A stretch of DNA of 64,000 nt from an uncultured delta proteobacterium (lineage in GTDB: Bacteria > Myxococcota_A > Polyangia > Haliangiales > Haliangiaceae), in the NCBI GenBank assembly GCA_963848295.1, contig CAWKDB010000010.1:4352001-4416000 (forward strand), in the 5' to 3' direction. This document shows, in pieces, positions 8,535 to 17,261 of the stretch. The position numbers were made by a program, and so were the translations under genes. The notes below the pieces were generated by a model, which was given only the letters and a program-made list of their open reading frames with translations, made no database searches and had not been told where the DNA came from. The number at the start of each line of letters is the position of its first letter. Position 1 is the stretch's first letter.

Positions 8535-11500
8535 TCACTCGCAGTGTAGTTCCAGCGCCGACATCGGCACCAGGCGCTGACCGGTGAGCTTGAGGGGAAT
8601 CCGGCAGCGAAGCAGGGTGTCGAGCTCCTGTGGCGTGCGCCGCTCGAGGGCGACATCAACCACCGAGAGCCGGCCCGCATCGTCGACGTACACGAGGCGG
8701 CTCCCGTCAGGACTGAAAGCGACACCGGTGATGAAGCCTTTGCCATCGCCGAACTGCGTCAACAGCTCGCCGCTTTCGGCATCGAGCACGTTCACGACGC
8801 CGTCGTCAGTACCGAGTGCGATCCGTCCGCCGTCCGGGCTGACATCGACCGAATAGCCGTCCGCCATCCCTCTGGTTCTCATCAGCTCGCGGCCGGATTC
8901 TGGGTCAAGGACATACGTGGACGACCCCGTAACCGCCACCAGGAACCGGCCGGACGGGCCGACCGCAAAGCTATCAAGCTCGCCCGGACCCGCGTACGAA
9001 TGGATCGAAGCGAGGGTACTCGCATCGAGAATCGAGATCGCGCCGCCGCTCTGCGCGACAACGATTCGCGCTGGGTTCTCGAGCACTGCGATCGCTACAA
9101 TGCCACCACCTGGCAGAGTCCGCGATCGACGAACTGCACCCGCTTCGACGATCGCCACGCTTCCTCCGCTCGTCGCGACCGCGAGTCGACGCTCATCGAG
9201 ATACCTGATGCCCGTCACCCGACTGCCGAGAGATGCAGAGTCGACGGTGTTAGAAAGTGTGAACCCTAGCATTCGCACTCTGTCTTGATTGGCGACTGCA
9301 TAGCCGGTCGACGACGGAGAGAAGTCGCCGGAGGCAGACATCGACGACGCAGCCAGCCGATCGACCGAGTTGGGAGCCGGATCGCGGACGACGGGGGTGA
9401 CCGGCGCTTGGGTCTTAAAATCGTACACGAACGCAGGACCGTCCCAGCGTTGGACGAGCACGCGCGTGGAGTCCGACGAAAACCGAACCGACGATGCACC
9501 CGACGGAAACCTCAGCAAGACTCTGCTCGTATCGGCCGAGGGGTCGACGATCGCAACCGTTCGATCCGTGGATCCGGTAGCGAGGGATTGACCGTCTGGC
9601 GAGAACTCCAGCCTCGTGACCGCGCCGCTGTGTCCGAAGTCGCGATAGCGCTCGATGCCCGACACGGGATCCCAGATTCGCGTGGTCCGATCGACCGATC
9701 CGGTTGCGAGTCGCTTCCCATCTGCGCTCCAGGCCAGCGCGATGACGTATCCCTCGTGGCCGTTGAGCGATGACAGCAAACGCCCGGTGTCAGCATCCCA
9801 GACCTTGGCGGTGTGATCGAGACTTCCAGTAGCGATCCGTCGCCCGTCGGGGCTGAAGCTCGCGCGAATTACATCGCCGCTATGGCCGGCGAGCTCCCTC
9901 GATGCACCGGTGTCGATATCCCAGACGGTGACCTTGGTGCTGGAGTCGGGTACGGCGAGCACCTTTCGGCTCTCCGCACTGATCCCCACCGCATGCACGC
10001 GGCCCGAAACGTCGAACTGTCGCTGAAAGCCCGAGGTCGAATCGACCACGAGCGCGCCTGCTTTGACAGCGACCGCGATCCATGCGCCGGAGGTCACGAT
10101 CGTCTCGGTGCCTCCTTCGACGTCGGTGAGATCCGCTGCCACGTCTCGAACCAGGGCGCCGTCGATCGTGAACACGCGAATCACGTGGCGCCTGCCGTCG
10201 GAGATCGCCACAGCGGAGCCGTCATCGAGCAGTCGGGCCACGGCATCGTCACTCGCATCGAATTCGCGCACGAGGCGCCAATGATCGGTCTCGAAGATCG
10301 CGGGGCGTCGTCCGCGCGACACGAGCGCGTACCTTCCGTCCGCGGACAGGTCGACATCGATTCGAGACTTACCGAGGTCCTGCGATGAGATCCGCTTCCA
10401 GGTCTTGGTATCCCAGAGCTGCACCAGGCCGGAGTTGTCCGCCGTGCACAGACGTCGTCCATCGCGACTGTAAGACAGTCGATCTACCCAGTTCTTGTGC
10501 CCGGTGAGGATCACTCGATGAGCGCCGAGAGCTCGCACGGCGGTGCCCAAGAGGAATCGGACGTTTGATGTCGCGAGCCCTTGCCGGTACGCTTCTGCGA
10601 GAAACACGAGCGACTCGTCGAAGTGACCTCTAACCAATGCTTGTCGGCCCTGCTCCATCAACATGCCGAGGTTGCTGGCACGCAGCGCCGCAGCATTGTG
10701 CTCGGTCGCACGATTCGCACGCCACAGGCCGACGACGAACACCGCCGCGACGAGGAGCGCCATCGCGATCAGCGCGCGGCGGATCCGCCGGCCGCGCAGC
10801 GAGTCCGCGACGCTCGCTTCGCCAAAGGCGGCTTCGGCGGGCGTCAATCCATCGGGATGGCGCTTGCGCCACACCTGGTATTCGGCGAGCGCGTCGCCGC
10901 GCCACAACAAGCCGCGCGCTCGGCCCCGGGCGTCCCATTGTCTCGCCGCCGCGCGCAGCTGCTCGTGGAAGCGCGAGCCTTCCGCGTCTTCGAGACGCCA
11001 TTCGACGAGCCGCGGCCACGCGCCGAGCAGCGCCTCGTGCACGATCTCGATCACCGCGCCGCCCTCGGCCTCCGAGGTCACGACCAGCCGCGATTCGATC
11101 AACCGCTCGATCACGCGCTCGGCCTCGGCGCTGCCGCCGAGCAACGCGAGTAGCTCGGCGCGGGCGAGCACCGCACGCGTGCCTTCGGAGGTGGTCAAGT
11201 GGCGGAACGCCTTGCGCACGAGGGCGCGCTCGGACGGCGGCAGCGCGTCCACCGTGTCGTCGGCGTGACGCGCGAGCGCGCCGGTAACGCCGCCGATGGC
11301 CTCGTACGCCTTCTTCGGTATCTGGTGGAAGTGGCGATCGCGCAGCTCCCACCAGCGCGTCGCGGTGAACGAGATCAGCGCGACCGCGGCCGGCGTATCG
11401 CCAGCATCCGCAACGATGCGGGCGGGCAACTGCGGATCGTCGAGCTCGTAGCCGGCCCGGCGAAGCGGCTCGACGATGATCCGCTCGAGCGCGGCCGGCG

Positions 11501-13721
11501 CGAGCGGGCCGACCAGCTGCAAGCCGCGAGCGAGCGCGAGGTCGAGCCCGGGCAGCTGCTGTGCCCGGATCAGAAAGTCGTCGCGCAGCGTGATCGCGAC
11601 GCGGATCCGATCGTCGACCGTCGGAGCGAGTAACAACTCGACGAACCGCGCTCGCTCGTCAGCGCTCGCTCCGAGTGTGAATAGCTCTTCGAATTGATCG
11701 ACGACGATTAGCAGGCCGCGCTCGCGCGTCGCCTCGCGCAATCGCGCGAGGACGTTGTCACCCGCGCCGATCGCGATGCCCACGTGCGCGAGTTGCCCGA
11801 ACAAGTGCGCGAGCGGCGAACGGCCAGGGCGCGTGGTCGCGACCTGCCAGCCGTCGAGCGCCGGTGCGACACCCGCGTGGACGAACGAGCTCTTGCCGAC
11901 TCCGGACGGGCCAACGATCGCGACGAGCGGCTCGAGCTTGAGCCGATTGACGACGATGTCGGTCTCGCGCTCGCGGCCGAAGAACCCGGCGGCGTCGGCC
12001 CGGGTATACGACGCGAGGCCCTTGTACGGACTGTCTTCGCTCGGGCCTTGTTGCGCTTCGCTGTCGTCGCGGAACAGCTGATCGCGGAACCAATCCCACA
12101 GCGTGTCGTCGCGATGCTCGAAGTTGTGCGGCAGCGACGTCAAGCGCGCACTCGCCCGCGCGGGACCGGCGAGCAGGAACAGCTGATCGGTGTGGCCCGG
12201 CACTGCGAGCTGGACTTGCATCAGCGGCCAGGGCGCGAGCAGCGGTATGCCGGCGGCGTCGATCACGACCGGCTGGCCCTCGGGTAACGCGCGCGCGAGT
12301 GGCACGCTGCGCCGCGGCCCGGTGCGCGTGCCCATCCAGACCTCGCCGAGCGGACCGCGCGGCACGACGACCTGGTAGGCGTCGAGAAACCCAAGCGCGC
12401 GGAGCAACGACGCGATCACGGGCAGCTCGCGCACGATCGATTGAATCGCCGCTTCTTCGCTGACCTCGCCTAGCGCCTCCGCGAGCGTGCCCTGCAGCGC
12501 CGGCGCGAACGCGTGCGGGCCCGACGTCGGATGCAGCAGCAGTGCGAGCTCGGGAATCGGATAGGTGTCGGGCAGCCGTGCGAACGGCTTGGTCAGCTCG
12601 TCGGCGAGCGCGATCCAGCCGGCCGGCGTCAGGCCTTGGCGGCGCAAGTCGCGCAGTAGATCGCGCGCGCGGGGAGAATCCTGTGGCGCTCCACTGCCGA
12701 CTCGCGTGCGGCAGGCGAGCGCGAGGATGCCGACGTACCACGCCGAGATCCGCACGATGCCGCGCATCGCTTCGCGCGCTTGGTGCGCGTTCTTGGCGGC
12801 GTCGTAGCTGGCGACGGCATCCGCGATCGGCTGCGGTGCGTTCGCGAGTGCCTGAACGCGGAGTTCTTCGTCGAGCTGGGGCAGCTCGATCGTTGTCGAG
12901 CCGATGCCGGCGGCGTCCCGAAAGGCTTGCGCGAGCTCGAGCACGTTGCCGAAGCGTTCGGCTGGCTTCTTCGCGAGCGCGCGAGAGATGACCGCATCGA
13001 GCGCCGGCGGAAATCCGTCGCCGAGCGGCGCGACCTTACCTCTCGCGTGGGCCCGTGCGATTTCCATCACCGTCGCACCGGTGAATGCGAACCGACCGGT
13101 CAGCGCTTCATACGCGAGGGCTCCGAGCGCGTATTGGTCCGCCGGCGCGCCTGCGTGCTTCGCGTCGATCCACAGCTCGGGTGCCATGTACGCGGGCGAG
13201 CCGAGCACACCGCGAGTCGATGCGGGCGCTTCGTCCGCGGTCGCGCGCGCGATGCCGAAATCAAGCAGCTTCGGCAGCAGCCTACCCGCGCGCGAAATCA
13301 CCATCACGTTGTCGGGTTTCAGGTCGCGATGGATGATCCCCTGCTCGTGCGCGGTCTGCACGACCTCGCAGATCCGCTCGAGCAGCGGCACGAACCGCTC
13401 GATCGGCATCGGCCCCTGCGCTTCGCTGACCTCGCGCAAAGAGGCACCGCGCACGCGCTCCATCGCGATCCACAACGTGCCGTCGGGTTCCGCGCCGAAC
13501 GCGTAGATGTGCGCGGCGTAGGGGTGGTCTAGGCGCGACGCGAGCTGCGCTTCGCGCAAGAAACTGTCGACTCGCGCCGGATCGCCCGCCTCGCGCAGCA
13601 GCTTGACGATCGCTTCGCGATGCAGCGCGCTCTGTTCGGCTAGAAAGATGTCGCCGAACCCGCCGGAGCCAATCTGCTCGCGCAACACGAAGCCGCCGAG
13701 GCTGCGGTCGCCGTCAGGCAT
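8535..13721 (-). CDS. Ser/Thr kinase - STAND (nSTAND1-like) NTPase - TM helix - WD40 repeat protein
   Basis: Kinase HRDLKPDN/DFG/YMAPE. SPYKGLASY...FFGRERE, GPSGVGKSS, IVVDQFEELFT, IEIVHEALLGAWPRL. TM ALIAMALLVAAVFVVGLW. WD40 repeats such as GH...FSPDGRRIATGSLDHTAKVWD. Confidence 0.92.
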   Translation of the reverse strand: MPDGDRSLGGFVLREQIGSGGFGDIFLAEQSALHREAIVKLLREAGDPARVDSFLREAQLASRLDHPYAAHIYAFGAEPDGTLWIAMERVRGASLREVSEAQGPMPIERFVPLLERICEVVQTAHEQGIIHRDLKPDNVMVISRAGRLLPKLLDFGIARATADEAPASTRGVLGSPAYMAPELWIDAKHAGAPADQYALGALAYEALTGRFAFTGATVMEIARAHARGKVAPLGDGFPPALDAVISRALAKKPAERFGNVLELAQAFRDAAGIGSTTIELPQLDEELRVQALANAPQPIADAVASYDAAKNAHQAREAMRGIVRISAWYVGILALACRTRVGSGAPQDSPRARDLLRDLRRQGLTPAGWIALADELTKPFARLPDTYPIPELALLLHPTSGPHAFAPALQGTLAEALGEVSEEAAIQSIVRELPVIASLLRALGFLDAYQVVVPRGPLGEVWMGTRTGPRRSVPLARALPEGQPVVIDAAGIPLLAPWPLMQVQLAVPGHTDQLFLLAGPARASARLTSLPHNFEHRDDTLWDWFRDQLFRDDSEAQQGPSEDSPYKGLASYTRADAAGFFGRERETDIVVNRLKLEPLVAIVGPSGVGKSSFVHAGVAPALDGWQVATTRPGRSPLAHLFGQLAHVGIAIGAGDNVLARLREATRERGLLIVVDQFEELFTLGASADERARFVELLLAPTVDDRIRVAITLRDDFLIRAQQLPGLDLALARGLQLVGPLAPAALERIIVEPLRRAGYELDDPQLPARIVADAGDTPAAVALISFTATRWWELRDRHFHQIPKKAYEAIGGVTGALARHADDTVDALPPSERALVRKAFRHLTTSEGTRAVLARAELLALLGGSAEAERVIERLIESRLVVTSEAEGGAVIEIVHEALLGAWPRLVEWRLEDAEGSRFHEQLRAAARQWDARGRARGLLWRGDALAEYQVWRKRHPDGLTPAEAAFGEASVADSLRGRRIRRALIAMALLVAAVFVVGLWRANRATEHNAAALRASNLGMLMEQGRQALVRGHFDESLVFLAEAYRQGLATSNVRFLLGTAVRALGAHRVILTGHKNWVDRLSYSRDGRRLCTADNSGLVQLWDTKTWKRISSQDLGKSRIDVDLSADGRYALVSRGRRPAIFETDHWRLVREFDASDDAVARLLDDGSAVAISDGRRHVIRVFTIDGALVRDVAADLTDVEGGTETIVTSGAWIAVAVKAGALVVDSTSGFQRQFDVSGRVHAVGISAESRKVLAVPDSSTKVTVWDIDTGASRELAGHSGDVIRASFSPDGRRIATGSLDHTAKVWDADTGRLLSSLNGHEGYVIALAWSADGKRLATGSVDRTTRIWDPVSGIERYRDFGHSGAVTRLEFSPDGQSLATGSTDRTVAIVDPSADTSRVLLRFPSGASSVRFSSDSTRVLVQRWDGPAFVYDFKTQAPVTPVVRDPAPNSVDRLAASSMSASGDFSPSSTGYAVANQDRVRMLGFTLSNTVDSASLGSRVTGIRYLDERRLAVATSGGSVAIVEAGAVRRSRTLPGGGIVAIAVLENPARIVVAQSGGAISILDASTLASIHSYAGPGELDSFAVGPSGRFLVAVTGSSTYVLDPESGRELMRTRGMADGYSVDVSPDGGRIALGTDDGVVNVLDAESGELLTQFGDGKGFITGVAFSPDGSRLVYVDDAGRLSVVDVALERRTPQELDTLLRCRIPLKLTGQRLVPMSALELHCE

Positions 13722-13747
13722 TCCCGCCCGCGAGAGTAACGCCTTAG

Positions 13748-13784
13748 AAATAGCAAAGCCACCGAAGCACCATGCTTCGGTGGC
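13748..13784 (-). terminator. Intrinsic terminator
   Basis: Perfect 12-bp stem GCCACCGAAGCA-TGG-TGCTTCGGTGGC followed by TTTGCTATTT. Confidence 0.8.
13754..13768 (+). repeat. 15-bp direct repeat, copy 2
   Basis: CAAAGCCACCGAAGC, identical to 7074-7088. Confidence 0.6.
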
Positions 13785-13843
13785 CCCTCTCCGCTGCGTG
13801 GCCGTCCGTCAACAATCCGGCAGCGAGGAGTATGACGAGCGTT

Positions 13844-13861
13844 ATTGCGAGGCGGATGCCA
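13844..13861 (-). promoter_or_regulatory. Sigma54-like promoter
   Basis: TGGCATCCGCCTCGCAAT, GG-N10-GC. Confidence 0.5.
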
Positions 13862-13955
13862 TGTCGGATCGGAGGCGCAACCGCGTAAGTGGGTGCATTT
13901 CCGAGCCAAGCGTGAACGGCGGTTGACTCGGTGAGGTGTGAAACGCGGCAGCAGA

Positions 13956-15545
13956 CTATCCGCGCGGGCCGTCGGTCAGCTGGATCTCGGAGTGCTTCGC
14001 CTCCGGCAGCTTGTCGGGGTAGTCGAGCGTGAAGTGCAGGCCGCGCGATTCCTTGCGGCGGCGCGCACTCTCGATCATCAGGTGCGCGACGAGCGCGAGG
14101 TTGCGCAGCTCGACCAGATCGCTCGTGATCTTGAAGTCGATGTAGTACTGGCGGATCTCGTCGCGCACGACCTCGATCCGGTGGCGCGCTCGCTCGAGTC
14201 GCTTGTCGCTGCGCACGATGCCGACGTACGACCACATGAACCGGCGGATCTCTTCCCAGTTGAGGGTCACGACGATCGCGTCGTTCGAGTCGGTCGCGTC
14301 GTCGCTCGACCACGGCGCGATGTGCGACGGGCGATGGCGCTGCGCTCCGCGCACGGCTTCGGCGGCGCGCGACGAGAACACCATGCCTTCGAGCAGCGAG
14401 TTCGAGGCCAACCGATTCGCACCGTGCAGCCCGGTCGCCGCGCACTCGCCGATCGCGTAGAGCCCGGGCACGGTCGTCTCGCCGCGATCGCCGGTCTTGA
14501 CGCCGCCGCAGCTGTAGTGCGCCGCCGGCACGACAGGGATCGGCTGCTTCGTGATGTCGATCCCGAGCGACAAGCAGCGCTCGTAGATGTTCGGGAACCG
14601 GCCGCGCACGAACGCGGGATCGAGATGGGTCATGTCGAGGAACACCGAGTCCGCACCCGACTTCTTGAGCTCGTTGTCGATGGCACGCGCGACGATGTCG
14701 CGCGATGCGAGCGACTTCATCGGGTGGTACTTCTCCATGAACGTCTCGCCGCTCGCGAGCTTCAACACGCCGCCTTCGCCGCGCAGCGCCTCGGAGATCA
14801 AGAACTGACCCGCGTGCGGGTGATAGAGCACCGTCGGGTGAAACTGGATGAACTCGAGGTCGGAGCACGCGGCGCCGATGCGATACGCCATCGCGACGCC
14901 GTCGCCGGTCGCGACATCGGGATTCGACGTGTAGATGTAGACCTTACCTGTACCGCCGGTCGCGAGCACGGTCGCGCGCGCGCACACGGTCTGGACCTGG
15001 CCGCTGCGGCAATCGAGCACGTACGCGCCGATGCATGCCGGATCTCCGCCGTACTTGGCGAGCGAGAGCAGATCGACCGCGATGTGGTTCTCGAGCACGG
15101 TGATGTTCGAGTGGCTCGCGACCGCCGCCATGAGCGCGCGCTGGATCTCGCGCCCGGTGACGTCCTGCCAGTGGACGACGCGATGGCGGGTATGCGCACC
15201 TTCGCGGCCGAGATCGAGCTCGCCGGCTTGATCGCGGGCGAGCCGGACGCCGAGATCGAGCAAGCGGCGCACCTGAGCCGGCCCTTCGGTGACGCACAGC
15301 TCGACGATCTTGCGATCGCACAGGCCGTCGCCGGCGGCGAGCGTGTCGGCGACGTGTTGCTCGAAGCTGTCGTCGGGGGCGAGCGCGGCCGCGACCCCGC
15401 CTTGCGCCCAGTTCGTGTTGGTGTCGGCCTCGCGCTTCTTCGTGACGACCACGACCCGGCCGTGCTCCGCCGCGAGCAGCGCGAAGTTGAGGCCGGCGAT
15501 GCCGGACCCGATGACGAGATAGTCGCACTCGAGCGCCTCGGACAT
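13956..15545 (-). CDS. nadB: L-aspartate oxidase
   Basis: YLVIGSGIAG, TNWAQGGVAA, REGAHTRHRVVH, EFIQFHPT, LISEALRGEG, PAAHYSCGG, GLHGANRLASNSLLE, ESRGLHF. Confidence 0.95.
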   Translation of the reverse strand: MSEALECDYLVIGSGIAGLNFALLAAEHGRVVVVTKKREADTNTNWAQGGVAAALAPDDSFEQHVADTLAAGDGLCDRKIVELCVTEGPAQVRRLLDLGVRLARDQAGELDLGREGAHTRHRVVHWQDVTGREIQRALMAAVASHSNITVLENHIAVDLLSLAKYGGDPACIGAYVLDCRSGQVQTVCARATVLATGGTGKVYIYTSNPDVATGDGVAMAYRIGAACSDLEFIQFHPTVLYHPHAGQFLISEALRGEGGVLKLASGETFMEKYHPMKSLASRDIVARAIDNELKKSGADSVFLDMTHLDPAFVRGRFPNIYERCLSLGIDITKQPIPVVPAAHYSCGGVKTGDRGETTVPGLYAIGECAATGLHGANRLASNSLLEGMVFSSRAAEAVRGAQRHRPSHIAPWSSDDATDSNDAIVVTLNWEEIRRFMWSYVGIVRSDKRLERARHRIEVVRDEIRQYYIDFKITSDLVELRNLALVAHLMIESARRRKESRGLHFTLDYPDKLPEAKHSEIQLTDGPRG

Positions 15546-15581
15546 GCGTGGGCGGACCATAGCGCGTTACGATGGGCGCGG

Positions 15582-17261
15582 GTGAACGCGCAACTCGACC
15601 AGATCCTCAACTATCTCGACCGCGAAGGCGTGACCGAGATCGTGATCGCCGTCGGGCGCACGATCGCGATGCGCAAAGCCGGCGCCTACTCGGCGTTGAC
15701 CTCGAAGCCGGTGAACGCGACGCAGCTCAGCTCGCTGATCCAAGGCACGCCGCTGCCGGGGCTGATCCCGACCGCCGATTCGACGCTCGCAGCGGTCGAG
15801 GTCGATCTCGGCAAGCGCCGCGTTCGGGTCCAGGCCGGTCGCCGCGGCGAGGAGATCGTGTTTCGCATCGAGCGCTCGTTGTTGCCCGCCGCGCCCGCTC
15901 CGGCGAAGCGCGCGCCGACGCCGGCGCCGATCGATCTGGGACCCGGAGTTTCGCTCGAGCTCGAGAATACGCCGAAGCCCGGGCCGGCACCGACGCCAGC
16001 GAAGCCTGCCGCCGCTCCGCCGAAGTCGAACCTGCCGCAACCGTTCGCGCTCGATCTCGACGATGCGACCGGGCCGGCGCTCGAGCTCGAAGGGCGGCCC
16101 GGTACGAGGCCGGCGGCGGCGCCGAGGTCGATCGCCGCACCCGCACCCGCACCGGTCGCGACGTTGCCCAGGCGCGGCGGTCCGCCGATATTCGCGGAGC
16201 TCGTCCAGGTCGCGCGCGAACGCGGTGCGAGCGATCTGCATATCGCAGGCAACCTCGTGATCTCGGTGCGCGTCGCCGGCGAGCTGGTCGCGCTCGAAGC
16301 GTCGCCGCTCTCGCCCGCCGATGCCGAGGCGTGCTTGTTGCCGCTGCTCGACGCCGAGCACGAGGCCTCGTTGCACGACCAGGGCTACGTCGATCTCGCG
16401 GTCGATGCGCCGGGCGGCGGCCGGCTGCGCGCGAACATCGCGCGGCATCAGGGCGGGATCAAAGGCACGTTCCGGCTGGCCGCGGAGCATCCGTCGATGC
16501 TCGAGCAGCTCGGCTTGCCGAAAGAGCTCGCGAAGGTCGTCGCGCATCACCAAGGGCTCGTCGTGATCGCGGGACCGAGCGGCCACGGCAAGACGACGAC
16601 CCTCGCCGCGCTCGTCGACCTCGTGAACTCGAGCCGGGCGCACCACATCTTGACGATCGAGGACCCGGTCGAGATCGTGCATCCGCGCAAGCTGGCGGTC
16701 GTGTCGCAACGCGAAGCGGGTCGCCACACGAAGACGTTCGCGACTGGGCTCAAGGCATCGTTGCGCGAAGACCCGGATGTCATCGTGATCGGCGAGCTGC
16801 GCGATCGCGAGACCGTCGAGATCGCGCTGACCGCGTCGGAGACTGGCCACCTCGTGCTGTCGACGATGAGCACGCCGTCGGCCGCCAAGACGATCGATCG
16901 CCTGATCGACATGTTCCCGCCCGAAGATCAGAACCAAGTGCGCGCGTCGATCGCGGGAGCGTTGCGCGCGGTGCTCGCCCAACGGCTGTTGCCGGGCGCG
17001 AACGGTGGCGTCGTCCCGGTCGTCGAGCTCGTCACCGGCGTGTTGCCGCTCGCCGCGATGATCCGCGACGACAAGTTGTTCCAGCTGCCGAACCTCATGC
17101 AGCGCGGCAAGTCGTACGGCATGATCCGGTTCGACGATTCGCTCGCGGAGCACGTGCGCGCCGGCCGGATCCGCGAAGACATCGCGCTCGCCGCGGCGGA
17201 CAGCAAGAAGGAGCTCACCAACGTGCTGCATCCGCCCGCGCCGACGCCGGGGAAGAAGTAA
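15582..17261 (+). CDS. pilT: PilT/PilU-family ATPase with an extra N-terminal domain and Pro/Ala linker
   Basis: GASDLHI, GPSGHGKTTT, TIEDPVE, LREDPDVIVIGELRD. GTG start at 15582. Confidence 0.85.
   Translation: MNAQLDQILNYLDREGVTEIVIAVGRTIAMRKAGAYSALTSKPVNATQLSSLIQGTPLPGLIPTADSTLAAVEVDLGKRRVRVQAGRRGEEIVFRIERSLLPAAPAPAKRAPTPAPIDLGPGVSLELENTPKPGPAPTPAKPAAAPPKSNLPQPFALDLDDATGPALELEGRPGTRPAAAPRSIAAPAPAPVATLPRRGGPPIFAELVQVARERGASDLHIAGNLVISVRVAGELVALEASPLSPADAEACLLPLLDAEHEASLHDQGYVDLAVDAPGGGRLRANIARHQGGIKGTFRLAAEHPSMLEQLGLPKELAKVVAHHQGLVVIAGPSGHGKTTTLAALVDLVNSSRAHHILTIEDPVEIVHPRKLAVVSQREAGRHTKTFATGLKASLREDPDVIVIGELRDRETVEIALTASETGHLVLSTMSTPSAAKTIDRLIDMFPPEDQNQVRASIAGALRAVLAQRLLPGANGGVVPVVELVTGVLPLAAMIRDDKLFQLPNLMQRGKSYGMIRFDDSLAEHVRAGRIREDIALAAADSKKELTNVLHPPAPTPGKK

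Larger units (their letters stand above)
13745..13835 (-). ncRNA. Candidate ~90-nt small RNA or attenuator leader
   Basis: Bracketed by a sigma54-like motif (13844-13861) and an intrinsic terminator. Internal stem CTCGCTGC/GCAGCGGAG. Confidence 0.4.

Noticed and set aside
8269..8538. 89-aa ORF in the provided track
   Set aside because: Wrong frame. The overlapping 8283-8432 frame has better codon use, a GG-leader motif and a promoter at the recurring spacing.
13770..13800. GGAGAG...CACCGAAG resembling a glycine riboswitch
   Set aside because: No intervening stem and no CTCTCAGG element; the sequence is the arm of a terminator hairpin.
13938..15581. Long N-terminal extension of the 1107-aa ORF
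   Set aside because: Antisense shadow of nadB; the real gene starts near 15582.
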